A stretch of DNA of 40,004 nt from a virus (taxonomy: Duplodnaviria; Heunggongvirae; Uroviricota; Caudoviricetes). A program made the translations under genes and the position numbers. The notes beneath the pieces are model-generated. The model saw nothing but the letters and a program-made list of their open reading frames with translations. It was not told where the DNA came from and ran no database searches. Position 1 is the stretch's first letter. The number at the start of each line of letters is the position of its first letter. The stretch is from the IMG/VR virus record IMGVR_UViG_2645727669_000017, one strand, 5' to 3'. This document shows, piece after piece, positions 1 through 8,524 of this stretch.

Positions 1-90
1 TTGCCTCCCCCCCGTTGATGGGTAAAATAGCCGCAATTTTTCGTTTTCAACAAGCGCGGCGCGATGCCGCTTACTCAAGAAGAAAGAATT

Positions 91-165
91 ATGACGTTGT
101 CTCCTTATTTGCAAGAGGTGGCGAAGCGCCGCACTTTTGCCATTATTTCTCACCCCAATAATTAA
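91..165 (+). pseudogene. prfC: 5' fragment of the peptide chain release factor 3 gene, truncated by prophage insertion (attL junction)
   Basis: ATG at 91 encodes [22 protein letters not shown], which matches my recollection of the RF3 N-terminus up to the start of the GTP-binding P-loop; it then diverges (NN-stop) into AT-rich DNA at ~156-160. Confidence 0.65.
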
Positions 166-319
166 GCCAAAATTAAAGCTCTTTTACTCTTTCAAAATCC
201 TTTCAATTAATTGAGTTATAATCATATAATTCATTTAATAACATGATGTTATGTTGTTTCTTTGATTGAAAATTCTTTCATGTAACTTTAAATCGATCAG
301 GTTGCTTTCATCAAAAATC

Positions 320-376
320 TGTACATGCGCTTGTACATAATGTACAAAACAGCAGAGGTGTTTTGTTATTTGTACA
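320..376. promoter_or_regulatory. Cluster of four TGTACA hexamers including the perfect palindrome TTGTACA-TAA-TGTACAA, just upstream of the int start; candidate integrase arm-type or operator sites
   Basis: TGTACA at 320, 333, 341 and 371; palindrome at 332-348; AT-rich promoter-like context; int RBS AAGGTGAG follows. Confidence 0.3.
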
Positions 377-385
377 AGGTGAGTA

Positions 386-1609
386 ATGGCGTTGTCTGAT
401 GCGTGGTTGCGTTCAGTCGTTGGAAAGGAACGTGATAAGGTTTTGGTTAAATCCGATCGTGATGGTTTGTCTGTCAGAGTATCACCGAAAGGTCGCGTAG
501 TGTTCCAATATCGTTATCAATGGGCAGGGAAAGGCGAGCGCCTTGATATCGGAACTTACCCGGCAACTGGATTAAAAGAGGCCAGAGAAGAAGTTATCCG
601 TCTTCGTGGTGAACTCGAGTCAAACCGCAATCCACGATTGGTCAAGCAGGTAGAAAAACGCAAAGCTACTGAAGCCATGACGGTGGAGTCTGTGATCCGT
701 GCCTGGTATGCAGCATATTGTGTAAAAAATAAAAAAGGCTCTGAGCAGATACTCCGCTCATTTGAACTGCACCTGTTCTCTAAAATCGGGAGTATCCCTC
801 ACGATGTAGCTACATTGCATGATTGGTTAGAGGTCCTGGAGCCTCTTAGCACTAAGACTCCAGCAATAGCAGACCGATTGCTAATTAACGCAAAGCAGGC
901 CCATGTCTGGGCGTATAAGAGAAAGCTCATTGAAACTCGCCCGCTGTCGGATATCACGGGTAAAGATATGGATATCCGTAAAGGTCAGAAGAAACGGTTT
1001 CTGACACATGATGAAATTAAAATCCTTTATGCTGCGATCGATGGTTCTCGAATGGTTCCTAAATACCGGGCCTTCATTAAACTATTGCTGCATTTTGGTT
1101 GCCGTAGTTCAGAGCTAATTACTGCCCGGGTGGACGATTTTGATTTCATTAATAAAGTATGGACTGTACCACCAGAACGACATAAGACTGGGGAGATAAC
1201 AGGCGAACCGCTAAAGCGACCCATTATTGAACCGGTTGAAGAGCTTATAAAGTACGCTATCTCTATGAACAATGGTTCCGATATGCTTTTTACTAAGGAA
1301 GGAAGCTGGGAACCCGTTGGTCGGACATCATTGCAGTCGCTGCCTTACAATTTAATGCAGTACGCATGGCGGCGTTTGGGGTATCAATTCCCTCATTGGT
1401 CTCTTCATGATTTGAGACGAACAGCACGAACAAACTTTTCTGATCTTACTGAGCCTCATATTGCAGAAATAATGCTAGGTCATAAACTGCCAGGGGTATG
1501 GCAAGTTTATGATAAGAGCGATTATCTAGAAGAACAGCGTAAAGCCTACCAGGCATGGTGGGAGAGAGTTGAATCGATTGTTACTTGTACTAACTCATGC
1601 TCCAATTGA
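386..1609 (+). CDS. int: Tyrosine-type site-specific integrase (P4-like, with N-terminal arm-binding domain)
   Basis: 407-aa ORF; N-terminal LSVRVSPKGRVVFQYRYQ motif typical of the integrase arm-binding domain; C-terminal HDLRRTARTN...Y catalytic region; next to the att junction and reading inward. Confidence 0.9.
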   Translation: MALSDAWLRSVVGKERDKVLVKSDRDGLSVRVSPKGRVVFQYRYQWAGKGERLDIGTYPATGLKEAREEVIRLRGELESNRNPRLVKQVEKRKATEAMTVESVIRAWYAAYCVKNKKGSEQILRSFELHLFSKIGSIPHDVATLHDWLEVLEPLSTKTPAIADRLLINAKQAHVWAYKRKLIETRPLSDITGKDMDIRKGQKKRFLTHDEIKILYAAIDGSRMVPKYRAFIKLLLHFGCRSSELITARVDDFDFINKVWTVPPERHKTGEITGEPLKRPIIEPVEELIKYAISMNNGSDMLFTKEGSWEPVGRTSLQSLPYNLMQYAWRRLGYQFPHWSLHDLRRTARTNFSDLTEPHIAEIMLGHKLPGVWQVYDKSDYLEEQRKAYQAWWERVESIVTCTNSCSN

Positions 1610-1642
1610 TACAGTATGCCCAGCCAGTATGTAATCAAATTT

Positions 1643-1690
1643 GGCAGCCTGCTTTGAGCGTAAAGCGAGAGCTGCCATTATTCTTATATT
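1643..1690. terminator. Two-tier hairpin followed by a T-rich tract between the convergent int and the 517-aa gene
   Basis: GGCAGC (1643-1648) pairs with GCTGCC (1671-1676), with inner stem GCTTT/AAAGC; followed by ATTATTCTTATATTT. Confidence 0.35.
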
Positions 1691-1780
1691 TGAACGCTAT
1701 ACGATTAACTTTTTGACTGATAGATCAACTGGGTTCAGGATACCACCTGCAATATAAGCAGGTGATGGATAAATATATCA

Positions 1781-3334
1781 TTATTGGTCAGGATATTTTG
1801 ATAGTTCAACTTCAAAAGTTGAATTTTTGTTTTTTAGAACATGAACAACACCTTTATAAAGTTGCCGTAATTTATTTACTGCATTTATATCAATGGAAGC
1901 AGGGGAGAATGCTCGGATAAGATTGTTGAAGATTTCCTTGGAGTAAGCAGATTTCTTCTTTTTATCAAGAGAGTCCATTCTTTTAATAATGATTTCTAAA
2001 AGATATGTCTTTTGATTGTTATGCATTTTTTCTGAAGTAATAATCAGATACATCATTTCCCCCAAGGTTTTAGAGGCAAAGAACTCTGGAGATTGCTCTT
2101 TATCTTCTGTTGTCCAGTTATCATAATTGAGGTGTTCTGTTGCTCCTGCCCATATATTACAACGGCTGATTAGCTCATATATTAAATAATCAAATCGCAT
2201 GGGGAACTCTCTATTTACATCTATGCTGCTAGATTTTTCATAGCTCTCAAGTATTTCCTTTAGGAAACAACGATAATACATGAGCCACATATTGTTTTTT
2301 GAGCGTTTGAATATTGCTGTAGATACCATAACATCGAAAAACGTCAATCCAACGAAGATTGGGCATTCCCAACGCTCATCACTACTTGAATAGTAATTAT
2401 CTGGATGATTGTAAAAGCAAGAACTCCCTTTTTGTTTTTTTATGTAGCTAATGACATAATTACCCACAGGTTTCCATATTTCTAAATCTATCGCCATGCG
2501 AATATCATTTAAATAAAAATTAAGCAAGGCATTACTTTCGTCGAGTGCATACTCCCCTGTATATGAACGATTTTGGTTGTCTCGTAACTCCCTATACATA
2601 ATGCTGTTTGGGTTAGATATTAAATACGTAAAGAAATTTGTATTATACTCACAATTATATCTAAGCTGTAAGCAGGTGGCCTTCATAGCTACGTGAGGGT
2701 AAGTATCAATTAGATAATGTGAAAAAACCTTTGATTTCAGAAGATTGGATATATTTAATTGAATATCATTTTGTCTTTTGTCTTCATAAGGGAAAAACTT
2801 TGACATAAATCTCCTGACTTTTTTGAATCGTAATTTTTTTACCTTCTCTTCATCCATTTCAATGGGAGATAATGAAGGGGCTAAGTAATTATGTACGCGA
2901 ACATACCATTTTTTATTGCTGATTATATTGAATAGCTGCTCGTGATATTTATCAAAAAGATATCCTAGTTGTTCTATTTTTTTTGCGCGCAGATATGTTT
3001 CTGAAACACTGATCCAACAGGTAAGGTTTGCTTTTGGTAGTATTTTGCCCTGTACTTTAATTCCAAAAAATATAATTATGATACAAAGACAAGTAAAAGC
3101 CAATGTATCTTCGTTAAAACCGAGTATCCAAGGGATCGGTTTTATCGGGAAAACACTTAGCAAAACCTTAGAATATATAACTGTTAATATTGTTGATATA
3201 AAAAAGATAATGAATACTAAATTAAATTTAGATATGCGTAACCTTAAATCAACACGTCTCTCATCCGTTAAGAGAGTATACCAAGCAATAAGTATGACGA
3301 AGACTGCTAGTAAACCATTGGCACCCATTATCAC
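1781..3334 (-). CDS. AT-rich membrane-anchored protein of unknown function (about 3 N-terminal TM helices plus ~420-aa soluble domain); candidate phage-defence or exclusion gene
   Basis: 517-aa ORF; hydrophobic N-terminus (LLAVFVILIAWYTLL, LVFIIFFISTILTVIY, LAFTCLCIIIIFFGI); N/K/I/Y/F-rich composition and visibly low GC versus flanking DNA; AT-rich promoter-like sequence upstream at 3335-3385. Confidence 0.6.
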   Translation of the reverse strand: MIMGANGLLAVFVILIAWYTLLTDERRVDLRLRISKFNLVFIIFFISTILTVIYSKVLLSVFPIKPIPWILGFNEDTLAFTCLCIIIIFFGIKVQGKILPKANLTCWISVSETYLRAKKIEQLGYLFDKYHEQLFNIISNKKWYVRVHNYLAPSLSPIEMDEEKVKKLRFKKVRRFMSKFFPYEDKRQNDIQLNISNLLKSKVFSHYLIDTYPHVAMKATCLQLRYNCEYNTNFFTYLISNPNSIMYRELRDNQNRSYTGEYALDESNALLNFYLNDIRMAIDLEIWKPVGNYVISYIKKQKGSSCFYNHPDNYYSSSDERWECPIFVGLTFFDVMVSTAIFKRSKNNMWLMYYRCFLKEILESYEKSSSIDVNREFPMRFDYLIYELISRCNIWAGATEHLNYDNWTTEDKEQSPEFFASKTLGEMMYLIITSEKMHNNQKTYLLEIIIKRMDSLDKKKKSAYSKEIFNNLIRAFSPASIDINAVNKLRQLYKGVVHVLKNKNSTFEVELSKYPDQ

Positions 3335-3385
3335 CTCTGAATAAGCTACATTTAGACATTCATAAAAAACTTTAATACTATGTAC

Positions 3386-3580
3386 TTATTGTAACAAATT
3401 CTGGGTGTTTTCATCAGAATTATCTGCATCATCCTGCACCATTAATTTTGGTGCTTCGCTGGTGGTATTTGCAACATCTACTTCAGGCACAGAGTAGACA
3501 GTCTGATTAGGTTTAGCTCTGTGCCATAGATGTGTTAACTCACATCTGAACGAATACGTATTACTCAATAACTCCCGCAA
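3386..3580 (-). CDS. Small acidic hypothetical protein downstream of xis (uncertain)
   Basis: 64-aa ORF overlapping the xis-like stop by ~20 nt; no recognisable motif. Confidence 0.2.
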   Translation of the reverse strand: MRELLSNTYSFRCELTHLWHRAKPNQTVYSVPEVDVANTTSEAPKLMVQDDADNSDENTQNLLQ

Positions 3581-3755
3581 ACCTGTATATCTTGCGTGAT
3601 GCCCATTTATTTGGGCAGGATTTAATATCAGGATCTGGGAAGTCAGGCCTGTATTTCTGGCCAGTTCTCCTGTTTACGCTGTTCCAGCGAAGAACTGTCG
3701 ATACTGAAACGCCACAGAAATCAGCGACTTGTTTAGTTGTCATTAAGTTGTTCAT
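3561..3755 (-). CDS. xis: Excisionase / AlpA-family HTH DNA-binding protein
   Basis: 64-aa ORF with TTKQVADFCGVSVSTVLRW HTH and a downstream FPDP...KW motif characteristic of AlpA/Xis-type proteins. Confidence 0.5.
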   Translation of the reverse strand: MNNLMTTKQVADFCGVSVSTVLRWNSVNRRTGQKYRPDFPDPDIKSCPNKWASRKIYRFAGVIE

Positions 3756-4936
3756 TACTTCACCTCCTGCGGCGGCTCCGGTAGCGGCATCCAGTGGGTT
3801 ACTTTCGATGCCGGTTCTTCCCCATTGTCAGTAACTGCCCACCATTTGTTTCTCGAACAATCGTAATACCCTTCGAAGGTATCGCACTCAGTCCAGCCGT
3901 AAGACTTACCCCAACACCAAACATACTGTTTATCGTTCGGCATTCGCTCACTACAGCTTATCCAACCATCCGGAGTTACCGGAGAGTTGCCATTCACAAG
4001 GTCAGCTCGAACATATAGCGTGTCATCATGGTGCTGATTGTGGCTGCACCACGTTAATTCGCTTAACTCGCCATCTTCTGGCCATACTCCAGCTGTTTGC
4101 AGCCAGATATGGGCTGGCGCATCTTGGCAAGGTGTATTAACTGGCAACTTGTAAGTTTGGCTTACAGGTTGGCTACCCTGAAGCATGGCCGCGCGGCAGG
4201 CATTCCACCCCTTCACATAACCGAACGCCATCAACTGATCATTCATGGCGGGCAGCATTGTGTGGGTCGTACTGATTTCCTCCGGCACTACTGGCGATGG
4301 CTGTTTGGCTTCTAAATCAGCAATTCTGTCAACTACGGCATCGACAGCATCTGAAAAACTGAAACAGTTACTCCACTCCGGCCAGTTCCCGGTTGCTGCA
4401 AAGTACATATCTGCTAAAGCAGATTCAGCATGGTCACGCTCGTTAATGAGTTGCTCTTCGCTTTTCTCCAGTTCAGCAATACGCTTCTCTGCGGCTTCTG
4501 CCCTGCATTGTTCCCGTTGGAACATTTTGTGGGTGCGGTCGAGCGCCTCAAGTCTGGCTGCTGATGTTTTCTCTTCTGCTTCAAGCTCAACGCGCAGCTT
4601 CCCAACCGTAAGCGCAATATCCTCGTTCTCCTGGTCGCGGGATTTGATGTATTGCTGGTTTCTTTCCCGTTCATCCAGTAGTGCCAGCGCAACATTTGGA
4701 TTAAAAGCAGCAATAAATTCAGCGTTTGCATAAGCCTGAACATCTGTTTCAATCAGGCAGTTAACATGACATTCCGCAATCACGCCACCGGGTTCTCCTT
4801 TCCATTTTTGACAAACAAAAACTCCTGTTAAATTGCCGTGTTGGTTAACAGATGTATGCCCTACGATGTAGCTTCCTTTAGTTGCTTTCTCTGCCTTTTC
4901 ACGCAGTGCCTGATAGTCAATTGTCATTCTCGCCAT
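3755..4936 (-). CDS. Ea22-like early protein with central coiled coil and C-terminal DUF551-like Cys/Trp-rich domain
   Basis: 393-aa ORF; coiled-coil region (ELEAEEKTSAARLEALDR...); C-terminal WCWGKSYGWTECDTFEGYYDCSRNKWW resembling the DUF551 domain of lambdoid Ea22-like proteins. Confidence 0.55.
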   Translation of the reverse strand: MARMTIDYQALREKAEKATKGSYIVGHTSVNQHGNLTGVFVCQKWKGEPGGVIAECHVNCLIETDVQAYANAEFIAAFNPNVALALLDERERNQQYIKSRDQENEDIALTVGKLRVELEAEEKTSAARLEALDRTHKMFQREQCRAEAAEKRIAELEKSEEQLINERDHAESALADMYFAATGNWPEWSNCFSFSDAVDAVVDRIADLEAKQPSPVVPEEISTTHTMLPAMNDQLMAFGYVKGWNACRAAMLQGSQPVSQTYKLPVNTPCQDAPAHIWLQTAGVWPEDGELSELTWCSHNQHHDDTLYVRADLVNGNSPVTPDGWISCSERMPNDKQYVWCWGKSYGWTECDTFEGYYDCSRNKWWAVTDNGEEPASKVTHWMPLPEPPQEVK

Positions 4937-5550
4937 CCTTCACAGTTGTAATCACTACAGCCTTCAAAATCATATGGGTTGTACTGCCAGGTGATTTTTC
5001 CGCAATGCGGACAATTCCAACGCACCTTCCCGCTTCGCGACTTCTTTCTTCTGTTCTGCTTTTTCAACCAGTCAGGCATGACCAAACCTGCGCCCTGAAC
5101 CATTGTTCTGCGGTTAAAGTTATTGATATTGAACGTCCGGCGCTTTGCTGAATCAGCAATGGAAAATGGCAACCAAACTATTCCTGGTTCGTTTTTGTTG
5201 GCGACGCTAAAGATGGTCGCTTTACTGAAGTCATCTGTTGGCAATCCACCGTGTTGAAGCCAGTAAACATCGTTGCCGTTCCAGCTACTTTTTTTGTAGG
5301 CCACATACGCAGTGCAATCTGGCTCAATCAGGTTTTCTGTAGGGATGTACTGGTAATCAACGTGCCACACAGCCATTGCATCCACGCTATCAGCGCAAAC
5401 AGGCTGATCGATATCTCGACCACAATTCCAGGCTTTTTGGGCTTCTTCCAGCGTGTAAACATGAGCGCGATCGATATTAGAACTGTAACCATTGCCGTTA
5501 TGGCAATGGAATGAAGCGTTATTACCCACAGTTTCACGCAAGCACATCAT
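4924..5550 (-). CDS. Hypothetical early protein with C-terminal Cys-rich zinc-ribbon-like motif
   Basis: ORF 4924..5601; an internal Met (MMCLRE) gives a start that does not overlap the upstream gene; C-terminal CPHCGKITW...CSDYNC. Confidence 0.45.
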   Translation of the reverse strand: MMCLRETVGNNASFHCHNGNGYSSNIDRAHVYTLEEAQKAWNCGRDIDQPVCADSVDAMAVWHVDYQYIPTENLIEPDCTAYVAYKKSSWNGNDVYWLQHGGLPTDDFSKATIFSVANKNEPGIVWLPFSIADSAKRRTFNINNFNRRTMVQGAGLVMPDWLKKQNRRKKSRSGKVRWNCPHCGKITWQYNPYDFEGCSDYNCEGWRE

Positions 5551-5564
5551 GTAAAAGCGGTTAT

Positions 5565-5915
5565 TCACTGGTTGCCTCCTTTGCGAATCTGTTCCGCCCA
5601 TTCTTCAAGGGATTTCTCCGCATATTCACCGGACAGACCATCAATCGGGTGCGGTTCATTAGCCAACTCATCTTTCGCTGACAGAATCATGCGTGTAACG
5701 TCGAAAACTTCACGTAAAGACTTATTGATAAATCCGTGATTGAACGCAGCAGCAAGGCGGCTTGCGGTATAGTTAATACCCTCGTTGCGAGCCTCAGCAC
5801 GTACTTCATCGAATTTACGCACCAGATACTCAGCATTTGTTTCATTCACTTTCAGATCTCGCGGTACACATTTCCCGCGAAGAAACCCTTCCATTTCGAA
5901 AACATTCATGCGCAT
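5565..5915 (-). CDS. Hypothetical early protein (possibly CPS-53 YfdS-like)
   Basis: 116-aa ORF; alternative start at 5909 forms an ATGA overlap with the upstream stop. Confidence 0.5.
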   Translation of the reverse strand: MRMNVFEMEGFLRGKCVPRDLKVNETNAEYLVRKFDEVRAEARNEGINYTASRLAAAFNHGFINKSLREVFDVTRMILSAKDELANEPHPIDGLSGEYAEKSLEEWAEQIRKGGNQ

Positions 5916-6442
5916 TTGCGTAACTCCGATAACTCGTTAAAACGTTCCATAAACATCCCGTAGGCATGGCCCGGTGCCAGTGGAATCACGTTGAACATCT
6001 CTGTTGCCGGGATGCCTTCCAGTACAGGCCAGAAAGAGCCATCATCAAGCCCGAGATCGCGGCGTTCGGTTGCCAGCATGATGAGATCGGCATATTTCAC
6101 GGGCGTACTCATAACCGGGGGTAACCCGTATTTCTCACGGATTACGGCGTCTATTTTTTCTTCCATCTGTTTATAGTCAGGAAGAAGGCGTTTCAGTGGA
6201 GCGGGGATGTCCTGGCAATACGCTTCTGTTGCATCATGCATTAACGCTTCAAAAGCAAATTCCTGCGGTACCAGCTGGCTGCAAAGAACCGCATGTTGGG
6301 CGACGCTGTAGAAGTGCGAAAGATGACCGGCAAAGCGACAGATATTTGAAAGGGAAACCGCGATATCGTTAATATCGATGTCGTCTTTATTTATCCTGTC
6401 ATAATAAAAATGCTTACCGGAAAAAGTTTTAATAAATGACAT
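5906..6442 (-). CDS. yfdR: HD-domain phosphohydrolase, likely a 5'-deoxynucleotidase (YfdR-like)
   Basis: Metal-binding motifs H..H and HD (VAQHAVL, LMHDATEAY); the 178-aa product from the internal ATG (MSFIKTF) with GGAG RBS matches the recalled size of E. coli YfdR. Confidence 0.7.
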   Translation of the reverse strand: MSFIKTFSGKHFYYDRINKDDIDINDIAVSLSNICRFAGHLSHFYSVAQHAVLCSQLVPQEFAFEALMHDATEAYCQDIPAPLKRLLPDYKQMEEKIDAVIREKYGLPPVMSTPVKYADLIMLATERRDLGLDDGSFWPVLEGIPATEMFNVIPLAPGHAYGMFMERFNELSELRKCA

Positions 6443-6569
6443 TTTGTTCTCCACGTATATGCGCTGCACCGCGCTGAATTCTGGTAAAAGGAAGCCCTCA
6501 CCATCCGGCGATTATTGAGTTAATTACGTTTCCATAAATGCCCCCGCAGGGGCATTTGCAGTAATGAAA

Positions 6570-7394
6570 TCAGGCGGTGAAAGTACCAATAAAGGTTTCT
6601 ACTTTGCTGTCTTTGAATTTCTCAACAAGCAGATCACGAAATTCGTTAGCCATTTCTTCCTGCACTGCTTCCAGCTGAATAATGCGCAGAACCAGTACAG
6701 GACGATCGCCAGTGATAATGCTGAGGCGTAATTTAAATGGACGTTCTTTCAGACCTTCAAACGGAACGCATTTAAATTCAAATGCCACTGGCATAATATC
6801 TTTGGTCTTCGCTTCGACAGACTCCATCAGGGAGCGTTTGCCGCTGAAGTCATTATCTTCAAAATCAGCGGTCTGGTTTGCTTCAATCGTGATTTTACGG
6901 ACAGCCGCAGCCGCTTTTGTTGCCTGAATAGCGTCACCATTAGCATCAAAGCCCACAAGGTAGTCGGCCCAGTCTTCAATCCATTCTGCCAGTGACTTCT
7001 GGGAGTTACGCTCGCCATTAACAGACAACAGAGCAGAAAACGGTGCTGTCTTTTTTAGCTTGAGAGTGGCGGTGTTATCTGCGTGACCTGGTTCATCAAT
7101 AGTACCCAGGTTAAGCACACTGACGGCACGCATATTATCGGCATCGATAAAGCAGCGGGTGCCTTCATCTGCAAGATCTTTAGAATAACGGGTAAAGTCA
7201 TCGATGCTGGCAGTGGAAAGCGCACCACGGAAACGGAAACGATTTAAATTAAATTTTTCCAGATCATGAATGCGGAAATTCTCAGGCAATGCCACAGCAT
7301 CGGCACCAATCTTACTGATAATTTCATTAACACCCTGAGCAGAAATAAGGGCATGGATTTGATTAATTGCGGTTGCGTCTAAGTTCTGAGACAT
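6570..7394 (-). CDS. yfdQ: DUF2303-like early protein (YfdQ-like)
   Basis: 274-aa ORF in an operon with the HD phosphohydrolase; length and context fit my recollection of the CPS-53 yfdP-Q-R-S arrangement. Confidence 0.5.
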   Translation of the reverse strand: MSQNLDATAINQIHALISAQGVNEIISKIGADAVALPENFRIHDLEKFNLNRFRFRGALSTASIDDFTRYSKDLADEGTRCFIDADNMRAVSVLNLGTIDEPGHADNTATLKLKKTAPFSALLSVNGERNSQKSLAEWIEDWADYLVGFDANGDAIQATKAAAAVRKITIEANQTADFEDNDFSGKRSLMESVEAKTKDIMPVAFEFKCVPFEGLKERPFKLRLSIITGDRPVLVLRIIQLEAVQEEMANEFRDLLVEKFKDSKVETFIGTFTA

Positions 7395-7458
7395 AATAAG
7401 TCCTCACTATATAAAGATATTCAGTGATGAGATAAATAATCAGTTTATTAATAACGTA

Positions 7459-7821
7459 TTAATGACCTGCTGCGCGGAGTTTTCCGTCAGGTTCACCGGC
7501 AAGAGTCAGTAATTGTCCCTGGTCTTCCTGCAGAATAGTCAGGCGACCACCGCGATTGACATACATCGGCGTTTCGGTGGTGTCTTCTTCGGAAATTTTC
7601 CCGCGGTTAGTCGGGCGAACATATGAGAGTTTGTGTTTGATTTTCACACGGTTCTCATCAAATGGTTCGATTTCCAGGTTGAGTGAGACCTTACCTTTGG
7701 TTTTCGTGTTCATCACACCTGAAGCGACTTCACTGAGAACTGCGCCGATTTTGGTTTCAAATACGCCGCCGTCCAGCTCCCCGATAAATGCCTGCACATC
7801 AGTACTGCGTTCGCTAGCCAT
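7459..7821 (-). CDS. yfdP: Hypothetical early protein (YfdP-like), first gene of the leftward early operon
   Basis: 120-aa product from internal ATG (MASERSTDV) preceded by GAGGAG RBS; the longer track ORF (to 8052) runs into a structured non-coding leader. Confidence 0.5.
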   Translation of the reverse strand: MASERSTDVQAFIGELDGGVFETKIGAVLSEVASGVMNTKTKGKVSLNLEIEPFDENRVKIKHKLSYVRPTNRGKISEEDTTETPMYVNRGGRLTILQEDQGQLLTLAGEPDGKLRAAGH

Positions 7822-7869
7822 TTTGCTGCTCCTCATCATATCGACCCTGCAAGGTCGGTTGGTTTCTCC

Positions 7870-7957
7870 ACAAAACAGAGAAGAACACCTGCGGTGGCAG
7901 CCGCCCGGGTGGATTGGGTTATGAGCCCGTCGTCCGGTGATGCTCTTCTCTGTTTTG
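7870..7957 (-). ncRNA. Long imperfect hairpin (15-bp arms) in the untranslated leader of the leftward early operon; candidate structured regulatory RNA
   Basis: ACAAAACAGAGAAGA (7870-7884) is the exact reverse complement of TCTTCTCTGTTTTGT (7943-7957); ~58-nt GC-rich interior with further complementarity. Confidence 0.35.
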
Positions 7958-8429
7958 TAAAAAGAGCGGTACCAGCCGGAAGCAAGTGTACAAACTGGTA
8001 CCGCCAAAGCAGTGGCTGTTGTGGTGGGCTTGTCACTTAAGCGTATGGTCAACCTGACAACCCGGTGTCCTCAACGGGGAAGGAATAACCCCGCCATACT
8101 TACCGCCGCGCCATTTCGCGGATTACCACAACGCTGAGAGCACTTAGCCAGTTACGGCACCACACTTTGTCGCGGTTCCATAAATGCCCTCATCGTTGCA
8201 CCCTGGTCTCTTCCCAGGCGTCAAACCGAATCGCCACGCTGGTTAGGCGTCTTATCAGCATCCTCATTGACTTGCACATTCCGGCTACCTGGTTTGTTTG
8301 CCCGAGCAAGGAGTGGATTGTCCCCTTTAACGTCCCCAGACCGCTAACGACGCATGTGCCATACGCCGTGTTACAACCAAATTTTGTTAGTACCTTGTTT
8401 GTAGGTCTGGAAAGAAAGATAAAATGAAG

Positions 8430-8468
8430 TTGCGCATTATGCAAGTGTTTTTATTGCGAGATATGCAA
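8430..8468 (-). promoter_or_regulatory. oL/pL-like region: two operators of form TTGC-N7-GCAA overlapping a leftward sigma70-like promoter
   Basis: TTGCGCATTATGCAA (8430-8444) and TTGCGAGATATGCAA (8454-8468); on the minus strand TTGCAT and CATAAT-like hexamers about 17 nt apart. Confidence 0.45.
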
Positions 8469-8524
8469 TTTGGTGGGTAATGAAAAGCCACCTTCTGGTG
8501 GCTAATTGATGTTGAGGTAGGGGG

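Noticed and set aside
1027-1272. 81-aa minus-strand ORF inside the integrase gene
   Set aside because: Fully contained antisense within the integrase coding sequence.
7836-8444. Minus-strand ORFs (66 aa and 84 aa) in the leftward leader as possible N antiterminator genes
   Set aside because: The 84-aa frame would start inside the operator sites and the 66-aa frame spans the long hairpin. Neither has an N-type Arg-rich motif or a convincing RBS, so the region is treated as a structured non-coding leader.
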